Of a stretch of 64,000 nucleotides of DNA, positions 56,378 through 63,940 are shown in pieces; position 1 is the first letter of the stretch; each line of letters opens with the position of its first letter. The notes below the pieces were generated by a model. That model searched no databases, was not told where the DNA came from, and saw only the letters and a list, made by a program, of their open reading frames with translations. Where the stretch lies: assembly GCA_049315725.1 (NCBI GenBank), contig JBMOJP010000001.1:27690-91689 (forward strand), read 5' to 3'. A program made the translations under genes and the position numbers. The DNA is from Chthoniobacterales bacterium (GTDB taxonomy: Bacteria > Verrucomicrobiota > Verrucomicrobiia > Chthoniobacterales > JACTMZ01).

Positions 56378-56508
56378 CCGTCGGCTTTTTTCTGCGGGCA
56401 GCCGCAATTCTCGGAGCACTTCTTTTTGCAGCCGCAATCTTTGCAGGCCGCCTGCGCGTAGCTGGTGCCGAGAGAGAAGGCGACGAGGAGGGTGAGGAGG
56501 ATTCGCAT
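56374..56508 (-). CDS. 44-aa secreted Cys-rich peptide precursor (not in the ORF track)
   Basis: Hand-translated: MRILLTLLVAFSLGTSYAQA|ACKDCGCKKKCSENCGCPQKKADG. It has a canonical n-h-c signal peptide with an AQA cleavage site, and the mature 24-mer carries 6 Cys. A GGTGAG purine tract lies 4 nt upstream of the ATG, and the gene sits just downstream of the OMP gene terminator. Confidence 0.55.
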   Translation of the reverse strand: MRILLTLLVAFSLGTSYAQAACKDCGCKKKCSENCGCPQKKADG

Positions 56509-56560
56509 AGTCTCACCCTATCGCAGATTATGACGGTTGCAAAGCAGAGGTCAGGCGCAC

Positions 56561-56595
56561 AAAAAAAAACGGCGCCGGATTGCTCCGGCGCCGTT
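56561..56595 (-). terminator. rho-independent terminator of the OM beta-barrel gene
   Basis: Minus strand: ACGGCGCCGG-AGCAAT-CCGGCGCCGT followed by T9. Confidence 0.8.
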
Positions 56596-56619
56596 GTGAG
56601 TGGTTTTAGTCGGATGAAC

Positions 56620-57324
56620 TTAGAACGCGAAGCGCAGGCCATAGCGCCACATGAGCTGGTTGTTGGCCAAGCCATCAACACCGCTGAACATGTAACGGGC
56701 GTCGCTGAAGACACCGATATTCTTGGTCACGCGATACTCGAGACCGCCGCCGACATGGCCGAAGCCCTGACCAGCCATGCGGTAACGAGTGCCTGCTGTG
56801 GCAGGACGCCCATTGATCGCCGGGGTGGCCGGAGTAAGTTGCAGGTTGGGCACGTTGCCGTAGTTGGCGCCGCCACCGACCATGATGTAGGGGGCGAGGT
56901 TCCATTGGCAGATCGGGTAACGCAGGAAGAGGTTACCGATCGTGGCCCAACGGGTGTAGCCATAATTGCCTAGGTCGTAATTGCGGGCCTGGGCTGCTGT
57001 GGTGGGTGTCTTCTGCACGGACTCGCGACCGTAGAGGTCCTGCTCGATGCCGACGCCGACATACTTCATGAAGAAGTAGTTGAGGCCGACGCCGCCGCCC
57101 CAAGCGGGACGACCGGAGAACGAGCGCACAGAGGTTCCACCAAATTGGTCGCTGGCACCTTTGTAGAACTGTCCGAGGCCGAACAGGTCGAGTTGGATTT
57201 CCTGATCGCGGAAGAGGCAAGGATCCTCAGGGACGATCACTTCTTTGACCACTTTGCTGGGGCCGGCGATGGCCGACGTCGCAGCAACGGCTGCCACAAG
57301 GCTGGTAACAATGTATTTTTTCAT
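56620..57324 (-). CDS. outer-membrane beta-barrel protein (OmpA-like barrel / porin family)
   Basis: Signal peptide MKKYIVTSLVAAVAATSAIA, alternating aromatic/Gly beta-strand pattern, C-terminal ...WRYGLRFAF. Confidence 0.75.
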   Translation of the reverse strand: MKKYIVTSLVAAVAATSAIAGPSKVVKEVIVPEDPCLFRDQEIQLDLFGLGQFYKGASDQFGGTSVRSFSGRPAWGGGVGLNYFFMKYVGVGIEQDLYGRESVQKTPTTAAQARNYDLGNYGYTRWATIGNLFLRYPICQWNLAPYIMVGGGANYGNVPNLQLTPATPAINGRPATAGTRYRMAGQGFGHVGGGLEYRVTKNIGVFSDARYMFSGVDGLANNQLMWRYGLRFAF

Positions 57325-57432
57325 GATTGGATTTTAGGTTTGTTTGCGTGCGAGGTTTGCCTCGCGATCGCTAGTTAGAACAATCGTTCAATCTTCGGCA
57401 AGAAGTTTTTTTCAAAAGATGACAGGTGCTTC

Positions 57433-58449
57433 TCAGTGGGGTCCGGACGAAGCCCGGCCTGACACGCGAAGGTCGGGGCCGATTCGTTGCCAGGTTGCAT
57501 CCGCAATTCTGATTGATCGGCTCGTTCCGCGACCAGCGATGGCAACAACCTTTCCGCCGGACAGCATCGGCGCAATGTAGAAGATGAACTCATTGACCAA
57601 TCGTGCGTCGAACAATTTTCCCAAAGTATGGCCCCCGCCTTCCACCAGCAGCGACTGCACGCCCCGCTGGCCCAGCGAGCGCAGGGCACTACGCAGAGTG
57701 CGGTGGGTGAGCACAAGGGTGCGGTCTTTTGCTTCGTCGTGAAAAAGCCGAGCCTTGGCCGGCGGTCTCCGTCGCGGAGCCCAGATAGCCCGCCATGGTT
57801 GCGCCGCCCCAGGCAGGCCCCGCACGGTCAGCGCCGGGTCGTCCGCCCGGACCGTGGCCGCACCAACAAGGATGGCATCCACCCGGCCGCGCAACTTCAT
57901 GGCATCGCGTCGCGCCGCCGGCGAGGTGATCCACTGCCCTTCGCCGGCAGGCCGGGTCAGGCGCCCGTCGAGAGACATCCCGCATTTGGCGATGACCCAC
58001 GGAAGGCCGGTTGACATGAAATGATGGAATTCCGGGTTCAGCGCCGCGCACTCTGCCGACAGCACTCCTGAGGTCACGCGGATGCCGGCGCGGCGCAGAA
58101 GGCGAAGGGCGCGGCCCCGGTGGGCTGGATTCGGGTCAATGGTGCCGATCACGACCCGGGAGATGCCAGCCTCGATCAAGGCAGTCACACAAGGCGGCGT
58201 GCGTCCGTGGGTCGAGCACGGCTCGAGGGTCACATAGGCCGTGGCGCCGCGGGCCAGCTTTGGTGTTTTGAGCGACCGCAGGGCCTCGATCTCAGCGTGG
58301 GGTGCGCCAGCCCGGCGGTGCCAGCCTCGGCCGATCACTTTACCCTGTCGGGTCAAAACACACCCGACGGCCGGGTTCGGTCGCGTCCGCCCCGCGCCTC
58401 GGGCGGCGAGTTGCAGCGCCTCGCGCATGAATTTTTCGTCGATCGACAT
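57433..58449 (-). CDS. ribD: bifunctional riboflavin biosynthesis protein RibD (deaminase/reductase)
   Basis: FMREALQLA...NPAVGCVL...HAEIEAL...TLEPCSTHGRTPPC deaminase, plus a C-terminal reductase domain; ATG 58449. Confidence 0.92.
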   Translation of the reverse strand: MSIDEKFMREALQLAARGAGRTRPNPAVGCVLTRQGKVIGRGWHRRAGAPHAEIEALRSLKTPKLARGATAYVTLEPCSTHGRTPPCVTALIEAGISRVVIGTIDPNPAHRGRALRLLRRAGIRVTSGVLSAECAALNPEFHHFMSTGLPWVIAKCGMSLDGRLTRPAGEGQWITSPAARRDAMKLRGRVDAILVGAATVRADDPALTVRGLPGAAQPWRAIWAPRRRPPAKARLFHDEAKDRTLVLTHRTLRSALRSLGQRGVQSLLVEGGGHTLGKLFDARLVNEFIFYIAPMLSGGKVVAIAGRGTSRSIRIADATWQRIGPDLRVSGRASSGPH

Positions 58450-58480
58450 GGCGGGGCAGCGCGGCACTAAGAGGGGAAAG

Positions 58481-58553
58481 GGTGGCCGACGGGACTCGAA
58501 CCCGCAACAACCGGAATCACAATCCGGGGCTCTGCCATTGAGCTACGGCCACC
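58481..58553 (-). tRNA. tRNA-His (anticodon GTG)
   Basis: Minus strand: GGTGGCCGTAGCTCAATGGCAGAGCCCCGGATTGTGATTCCGGTTGTTGCGGGTTCGAGTCCCGTCGGCCACC. It folds as a cloverleaf by hand with anticodon loop TTGTGAT. The extra 5' G(-1) pairs with C73 as expected for tRNA-His, and CCA is not encoded. Confidence 0.9.
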
Positions 58554-58651
58554 ATTGTCAGCGTCCGCATGCTTAAAGGAGCCGCGCCCCGCTGTCAAAC
58601 GCCCGTGCGTGGCGGTTGCGTCCTCGCGGCGTCGGGTGTAGCAAGGAGGTT

Positions 58652-59182
58652 GTGCCGAAAGTCTGGCTTCTGCCCCTGGCCGCGGTTCTGGCCGCCTGCT
58701 CCCCCCTGCGTGAGACGGAGGTTTTTTACACGCCGGTGGACGGACGCCAGTTTGCCCCGGCCCCGCGTGATGCCGATGTTCCCGTGCTGGCGGTGCCCCC
58801 AGCCTGGAAATACGAGGTCATCGGGCACTTCGCGGTCGTCTCGGATCGCGGATATCCCTTCCTTTACCGTGCCATGCGGCACAACGCGCGGCGGCAGGGG
58901 GCGGACGCCGTGATCCTGCGCAAGCTGGCCTTTGACGTGCGGCGGACGGTCAACCGTATTCCGGCCCGCTGGGAGCAGGTTCCGCAAACCAGCTACTACT
59001 ATGAGACAATCCGGGATAGCCAGGGCCAGACGAGAACGGTGCCGCGGGTTTACACGAGGTTTGTTCCGATCTTCCGGCCCGCGCAGGAGTTTGTCAGCGA
59101 TGTGCAGTGGACCGATTTGTCTGCTGATATGATCATCCGTCGGGGCAAGCCTGCACTGGCGGCCCCGGGCCCCGCGTCCTAA
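58652..59182 (+). CDS. putative lipoprotein (hypothetical)
   Basis: VPKVWLLPLAAVLAAC lipobox. The start is uncertain: GTG 58652 lies only 2 nt after AAGGAGG, and the ORF opens at 58616. Confidence 0.55.
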   Translation: MPKVWLLPLAAVLAACSPLRETEVFYTPVDGRQFAPAPRDADVPVLAVPPAWKYEVIGHFAVVSDRGYPFLYRAMRHNARRQGADAVILRKLAFDVRRTVNRIPARWEQVPQTSYYYETIRDSQGQTRTVPRVYTRFVPIFRPAQEFVSDVQWTDLSADMIIRRGKPALAAPGPAS

Positions 59183-59186
59183 GCCC

Positions 59187-60602
59187 ATGGAAGAAACCCA
59201 CCTGCGCAAACGCCGGCAAACCGTCAAACTCGGTCTGATCAAGGCCGCCGGAGAGTTGTTCCCCGAGGATCGGCTGAAGACATCCTATTCGATCCAGGAG
59301 GGCGTGGTCTGGAATCTCGCCGGCTCGGTGCTCTCCGAGCGGGAGGTTCGGCAAATTGCGCAGCGACTTGACCAGTGGGTGCGCGAGGACCGGCCGATCC
59401 AGTTTCTCCGTCATCAGGATGGCTACTACCACTATGATGTTGATGGTCTTCTCACGCGGGTTCTTTACCCGGCGGAGAACCGTTCGTCGCTGGTCGAGGC
59501 CTTCAAAATCATTCCCTATGCCGCGGGCTTCATTGTCGATTTTGGCGAGGAGGAAGGTGCGGGCGAATCACTCTTGGTGCCCCCGGCCAAGCTGGCTGAG
59601 GCCTACGACAAGACCCAGCGCTGGCTGCACAACCTCGGGGTCGAGTTGGTCGCCGATGTGAATGCCTTCGTCGATTCGGGCCGGAGCCTGGAGTTGCTCA
59701 CCATCGCCGAGGCGCTGCAGGAAAAGGAAATTTCCGACATCGCCGACCTCATTCTGTCCCAGCGCCGCGCCCTGCGCGTGCTGCTCATCTCCGGGCCCTC
59801 GGCCTCGGGCAAAACCAGTTTCGCCCAGCGCCTCGCCACCCAGCTGCGGGTCAACGGCCTGCGGCCGGTCCCGCTCTCGCTCGACAATTACTTTCTCAAT
59901 CGCGAGGACACGCCGAAGGATGCCGCCGGGCGTCCCGATTTCGAGAGCCTCCATGCGCTGGATCTTCCGCTGCTCCAAGATCAGGTCAGCCGGCTGATCA
60001 ACGGCGAAACGGTCGCGGGTCCGAGATTCGACTTTGTGCACGGACGTCGTCTGGATGAAGTGGACACGCTGCGGCTCGCCCCCGACGAGATTTTGGTCAT
60101 CGAAGGCATCCACGCTCTCAACCCGGGCCTTCTCCCCGGGATCAGGCGCAACCTTTGTTGGCGGGTCTACATCAGCGCGCTCTTCCTCCTCAACGTCGAT
60201 CTGGTCAACCGCATCCCCACCACCGAGGTGCGGCTGATCCGTCGCATTGTGCGGGGCGACAAATTTCGCGGCACGCACCCGGAGAAAACGATCGATCAAT
60301 GGCCCAGCGTCCGCCGGGGCGAGCGCCATCATGTTTTCAGATACCAGGAAGAGGCCGATGCGATGTTCAACTCCAGCATGCTCTACGAGATGCATGCCCT
60401 GCGCCCGGCGGCCGAGCAGGCTCTGCGGAAAATTGCGGACGACAGCCCGCATGCGGCGGCCCGCGATCGCTTGCTCAATCTGCTGGGATTTTTTCATCCG
60501 ATGGACGACGCGAGGGTTCCCTACAACTCCATCCTGCGCGAATTCATTGGCGGGAGCATTTACTTTGACGCGGGTCTGGCGGGCAACCGCCTGCCGCATT
60601 GA
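59187..60602 (+). CDS. uridine-kinase/phosphoribulokinase-family P-loop nucleoside kinase with a ~200-aa N-terminal domain
   Basis: VLLISGPSASGKTSFAQRL Walker A, LSLDNYF, ILVIEGIHALNP and RRIVRGDKFRG blocks of the Udk/PRK family; 471 aa. Confidence 0.75.
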   Translation: MEETHLRKRRQTVKLGLIKAAGELFPEDRLKTSYSIQEGVVWNLAGSVLSEREVRQIAQRLDQWVREDRPIQFLRHQDGYYHYDVDGLLTRVLYPAENRSSLVEAFKIIPYAAGFIVDFGEEEGAGESLLVPPAKLAEAYDKTQRWLHNLGVELVADVNAFVDSGRSLELLTIAEALQEKEISDIADLILSQRRALRVLLISGPSASGKTSFAQRLATQLRVNGLRPVPLSLDNYFLNREDTPKDAAGRPDFESLHALDLPLLQDQVSRLINGETVAGPRFDFVHGRRLDEVDTLRLAPDEILVIEGIHALNPGLLPGIRRNLCWRVYISALFLLNVDLVNRIPTTEVRLIRRIVRGDKFRGTHPEKTIDQWPSVRRGERHHVFRYQEEADAMFNSSMLYEMHALRPAAEQALRKIADDSPHAAARDRLLNLLGFFHPMDDARVPYNSILREFIGGSIYFDAGLAGNRLPH

Positions 60603-60616
60603 GGCGTTCTGTTGGG

Positions 60617-61597
60617 ATGATGGATCGAGCGCACAATTGCCTCCTCGGTGCCTTGCTCGGCGATGCGTTGGCCATGCCGGTGCATTGGTATTACGACTTG
60701 GCGCGGCTGCAAAAAGACTACGGCCGCGTGAAGGACCTGCTCGCACCGCAGCCGGTGCATGCGGACAGCATCCTCTGGCGCTCGACCTACACGGCGTTGA
60801 ACGAGCGCGGGGAAATTCTTCATGACCAAGCGGCCTATTGGGGGCGTCGCGGGGTGCATTACCATCAGTTTTTGTCGGCGGGGGAGAACACGATCAACTT
60901 GCAACTTGCGGTCGAGTTGCGCGCCTCGCTCGTGGTCCTCGGTCGTTATGATCGCGACGACTACCTGCGGCGCTACATCGCGTTCCTGACCACGCCCGGG
61001 CGTCACCGCGACACCTACCTTGAGGAGTGTCACCGCAACTTTTTCACCGCCTACGCCCGCGGCCGGAAGGCCGAGGATTGCGGGAGTGAAGACATTCACA
61101 TCGGCGGCCTGGCTCACGTTCCGGTGTTGGCGGCGTGGTTTGCGGACGACGAGGAGGCAGCGCTCGCCGCCGTGCGGGAGCATGTCCGCGTGACTCATCG
61201 CGGAGAATTGGTCGAGAACGCCGCGCGCGATTTCACCAAGATGCTTTTGGCCATTCTCGCGGGTGGCGGCGTTCGCGAGAGCATCGAGGCGCACGGGGGT
61301 GGCTGGGTCGGTCGGCGCAAGCTCGAGCAGTGGGCGGCGCGTCGCGATAGCGAAGTGATCGGCCGCATTCTCAGCCCCGCCTGTTATCTGCAGGATGCCT
61401 TCCCCGCCGCGCTCTATCTCGCCTGGAAGTATGCGGACGATCCCGAGTCCGCTCTCATCGCCAACACCAACCTCGGCGGCGACAACTGCCATCGCGGAGT
61501 TGTCGTCGGGGCCTTGGTCGGGGCCAGCGGTGCCGCGTGGCCGGAGCGATGGGTGCGCGGACTCAAAGCCCGGGAGTTCCTCGCCGCTGCGGCCTGA
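60617..61597 (+). CDS. ADP-ribosylglycohydrolase-family protein
   Basis: CLLGALLGDALAMPVHWYY and C-terminal NLGGDNCHRGVVVGALVGA motifs. An alternative TTG start at 60599 would overlap the kinase stop (TTGA). Confidence 0.8.
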   Translation: MMDRAHNCLLGALLGDALAMPVHWYYDLARLQKDYGRVKDLLAPQPVHADSILWRSTYTALNERGEILHDQAAYWGRRGVHYHQFLSAGENTINLQLAVELRASLVVLGRYDRDDYLRRYIAFLTTPGRHRDTYLEECHRNFFTAYARGRKAEDCGSEDIHIGGLAHVPVLAAWFADDEEAALAAVREHVRVTHRGELVENAARDFTKMLLAILAGGGVRESIEAHGGGWVGRRKLEQWAARRDSEVIGRILSPACYLQDAFPAALYLAWKYADDPESALIANTNLGGDNCHRGVVVGALVGASGAAWPERWVRGLKAREFLAAAA

Positions 61598-61651
61598 TTG
61601 CGACCTCCTGGCATTGGCTTCCAGCCCATGTTCCAAACAAATGAGAAAAAT

Positions 61652-61690
61652 CAGGTTTCGCGCCAAGGACGCCAAGGGCGCAAAGGATTC
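61652..61690 (+). repeat. 39-nt repeat copy A (CAGGTTTCGCGCCAAGGACGCCAAGGGCGCAAAGGATTC)
   Basis: 37/39 identical to 62534..62572. It has internal 9-nt periodicity (CCAAGGACG CCAAGGGCG). About 35 nt downstream lies an imperfect inverted partner, CTTGGTGCTCTTGGCGATCTTGGTGCG. Confidence 0.85.
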
Positions 61691-61791
61691 AGCGGAGCGC
61701 GGGTGGCTACTTTTCCCACTTGGTGCTCTTGGCGATCTTGGTGCGAGTCATTTTTGCGGATTTTTACCGTGATCACCCCGAGCTTTGATTT

Positions 61792-62208
61792 TCAAAGGGC
61801 TTCCAATGCAGCGCGGTCGAGATACTCGACCTGCAGCGGCAGATGCGAGGCCATCCGGACAAAATCTTCGTCGAACGTGACCAGGCACGCCCGGTGATGC
61901 ATGGCCACGGTGGCGATGAGGAGGTCGATCGTCGACGGCGCGAGTCCGCCCTTGGTGCAGGCTTGCGCGTGTTGGAGTGCATCCGACCACAGCTCGCGCG
62001 GCGTGGCCAGCAAGGGCAGGGTGGCGAGCAACCGCGCCGGACGGTCATGGTCTTTGGCTGACACCCCGCGGAGCAACTCCAACCACACGGGCTCGCAGAC
62101 CACCGCGCCCGGTCGGTTGATCGCGGCGTGGGCCATCGCCCTCACGGGAGCAGGTGTTTTCGGGCGGAAAAAATCCACCCACACGCAGGTGTCGATCAGC
62201 GCTTCCAT
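61792..62208 (-). CDS. vapC: PIN-domain ribonuclease toxin VapC
   Basis: MEALIDTCVWVDFF..., ..CEPVWLELLRG.., STIDLLIA and TFDEDF give the four acidic PIN positions; 138 aa. Confidence 0.85.
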   Translation of the reverse strand: MEALIDTCVWVDFFRPKTPAPVRAMAHAAINRPGAVVCEPVWLELLRGVSAKDHDRPARLLATLPLLATPRELWSDALQHAQACTKGGLAPSTIDLLIATVAMHHRACLVTFDEDFVRMASHLPLQVEYLDRAALEAL

Positions 62209-62423
62209 GGATCACGAGCCCGCTCGCGCGACCGCGAAGCCGGCCACGCCTCCACTGCAACCTGCCATTCTCCCGACAGGACTTTTTCCGAAAGGTCCCG
62301 CCGACGTTTGAGCATCAAGCTATCGGCCAATAGCTTGGCGATGGCTGGTCCTTTCTTCTTCTCGCCGGAAAAACGTAGGATGTCTGGAAGATCTTTGTCG
62401 GATATTTCAACCGTGATTTTCAT
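62196..62423 (-). CDS. vapB: VapB-type antitoxin (DUF2191-like)
   Basis: MKITVEISDKDLPDILRFSG...; 75 aa. It overlaps vapC by 13 nt. Confidence 0.7.
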   Translation of the reverse strand: MKITVEISDKDLPDILRFSGEKKKGPAIAKLLADSLMLKRRRDLSEKVLSGEWQVAVEAWPASRSRERARDPWKR

Positions 62424-62533
62424 TCTTTAAAGATAGAACAATGCGACAGCGAAACAAGGGAAATCTGACAAAACGAGCGCACCCTCGCTAAATGCTATGA
62501 TCATGTTTCGCGGGGCGATTGCAGCAGATTGAC

Positions 62534-62572
62534 CAGGTTTTGCGCCAAGGACGCCAAGGGCGCGAAGGATTC
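62534..62572 (+). repeat. 39-nt repeat copy B (CAGGTTTTGCGCCAAGGACGCCAAGGGCGCGAAGGATTC)
   Basis: A direct repeat of copy A, on the other side of vapBC. Confidence 0.85.
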
Positions 62573-62635
62573 CCAACAACGTCTAAAGCGTGCGCGCAAA
62601 GCGTGTCGAGGTTCAGTGGACTGCGCGGCTCGTAT

Positions 62636-63622
62636 TTAGTCTACAACGCCCTTCGCATAATGAATCTTGATGTCGCCTGGGCCAGTGCGCTCGATGAGGC
62701 CTTCCAGCGTGACAATCTCCCCTTCAGTATGCACCACACGGTCTAACGTCGTGAAAGTGCCCTTCCCCCTGCGTTTCTCGACTGTCACATACATCATAAG
62801 TCTTGTGCCGGATTTGACGAGCTTGTAGCCATAGCTTTGCTTTCCAGTGTGGAGCGTGTTGTATCTACTGTAGTCTGTAGAGAATACAACATCCTTTGTC
62901 GGAGTGCCCACAAGATCAATATCCATGTCAGCAGCATCAATGCCTCTCACCCATAGCTGCTTAATTTGTCCGCTTACTGTAATCTGTTTTCCTTTCAATA
63001 GGTCATTCGATTCCGAGGGGAACTGCGTGCACAGAGTCGCAAGTCTTGTTGAATCGACGGGCAGCTTGCTAATCATGGCCTCTATTTGCTCTTTTGCTGT
63101 AGGTGGAGGAGTAGCTGACGGCGGGGGCGGCGTTGGTGTTGGTGCGATAAGCGCAATCAGTCCCGCTGCCTGATCCGACAAGGACGGCTGTGGAGATCCA
63201 GTGGGCTCAATTATGCCTGGTGCTTCCTTCGCTTGTTCTCTTCCTGCTTGCGTTGCTATATCTGCTTTGTATTGGGCATGCGAAGCTTTCAAGGAAGCAT
63301 ACTCTGCCGCATAGACAGGATCATAATTGTATCTTGTTTGAATCTCCTTGGGGGCGTCAGCAAGCGGAATGGTGATCGCTCCGTCACTGTGGATAATGGA
63401 AAGTGAATCGGGATAAACCATTCTGACAGTTACATCACTATAGGTTGTTCCCCCGACAATCAGGGATTTATATGTGTCGCTCACTGCCTTGCCAGTTGGC
63501 AGTGGCGCAGGCTGAGGCAGAGCCGCTGGTGTTGAAGTTCCGCGCTGGCTCGGCTTCGTGCTGTATTGCCAGAGAAAGAACCCGGCTACACAGATAACAA
63601 TGAGGTAAAGTAAGGCTTTCAT
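62636..63622 (-). CDS. N-terminally membrane-anchored hypothetical protein in a lower-GC segment
   Basis: 328 aa. MKALLYLIVICVAGFFLWQY anchor, Pro-rich linkers (PTPTPPPPSATPPPT), a module GGTTYSDVTVRMVYPDSLSIIHSDGAITIPLADAPKEIQTRYNYDP, and a beta-rich C-terminal domain. Codons are visibly more A/T-ending than in neighbouring genes. Confidence 0.7.
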   Translation of the reverse strand: MKALLYLIVICVAGFFLWQYSTKPSQRGTSTPAALPQPAPLPTGKAVSDTYKSLIVGGTTYSDVTVRMVYPDSLSIIHSDGAITIPLADAPKEIQTRYNYDPVYAAEYASLKASHAQYKADIATQAGREQAKEAPGIIEPTGSPQPSLSDQAAGLIALIAPTPTPPPPSATPPPTAKEQIEAMISKLPVDSTRLATLCTQFPSESNDLLKGKQITVSGQIKQLWVRGIDAADMDIDLVGTPTKDVVFSTDYSRYNTLHTGKQSYGYKLVKSGTRLMMYVTVEKRRGKGTFTTLDRVVHTEGEIVTLEGLIERTGPGDIKIHYAKGVVD

Positions 63623-63775
63623 ATCATTCTCTTGGCAGCCCCGTGGGACTTGGTGTGGTTCCTAACATTTTCACCGACAATCTTTTCTCACCAACGGCAT
63701 TCGGGTGGCAACCACAAATCCGCCTGCTCAGGGCATACGGCTCGCGAGGACTCTCGCCCTCCGAAAATTGACGGT

Positions 63776-63903
63776 GGTGGATCGCGATGTCCCCATCGCG
63801 ATGAGAGCGTGTGGCGCTTGCGCCCTGACTGAAACAGTAAGTAAATTGTTGCCGCCGAACGTCGGTGCCTGGTCGTATCGCGATGGGGACATCACGATCC
63901 ACC
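63776..63903. repeat. 27-bp inverted repeat (1 mismatch) separated by 74 nt
   Basis: GGTGGATCGCGATGTCCCCATCGCGAT (63776-63802) versus ATCGCGATGGGGACATCACGATCCACC (63877-63903). Each arm contains the palindrome ATCGCGAT. Confidence 0.8.
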
Positions 63904-63940
63904 TTGGGCAGAAGCTTGGAGGCCGCGACCGGCGCAACCG

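Noticed and set aside
63624-63937. Small ORFs (63624..63902, 63728..63937 and 63632..63832) at the right end.
   Set aside because: - They overlap one another in different frames.
- Their composition is unconvincing.
- The region is dominated by a 27-bp inverted repeat and looks non-coding.
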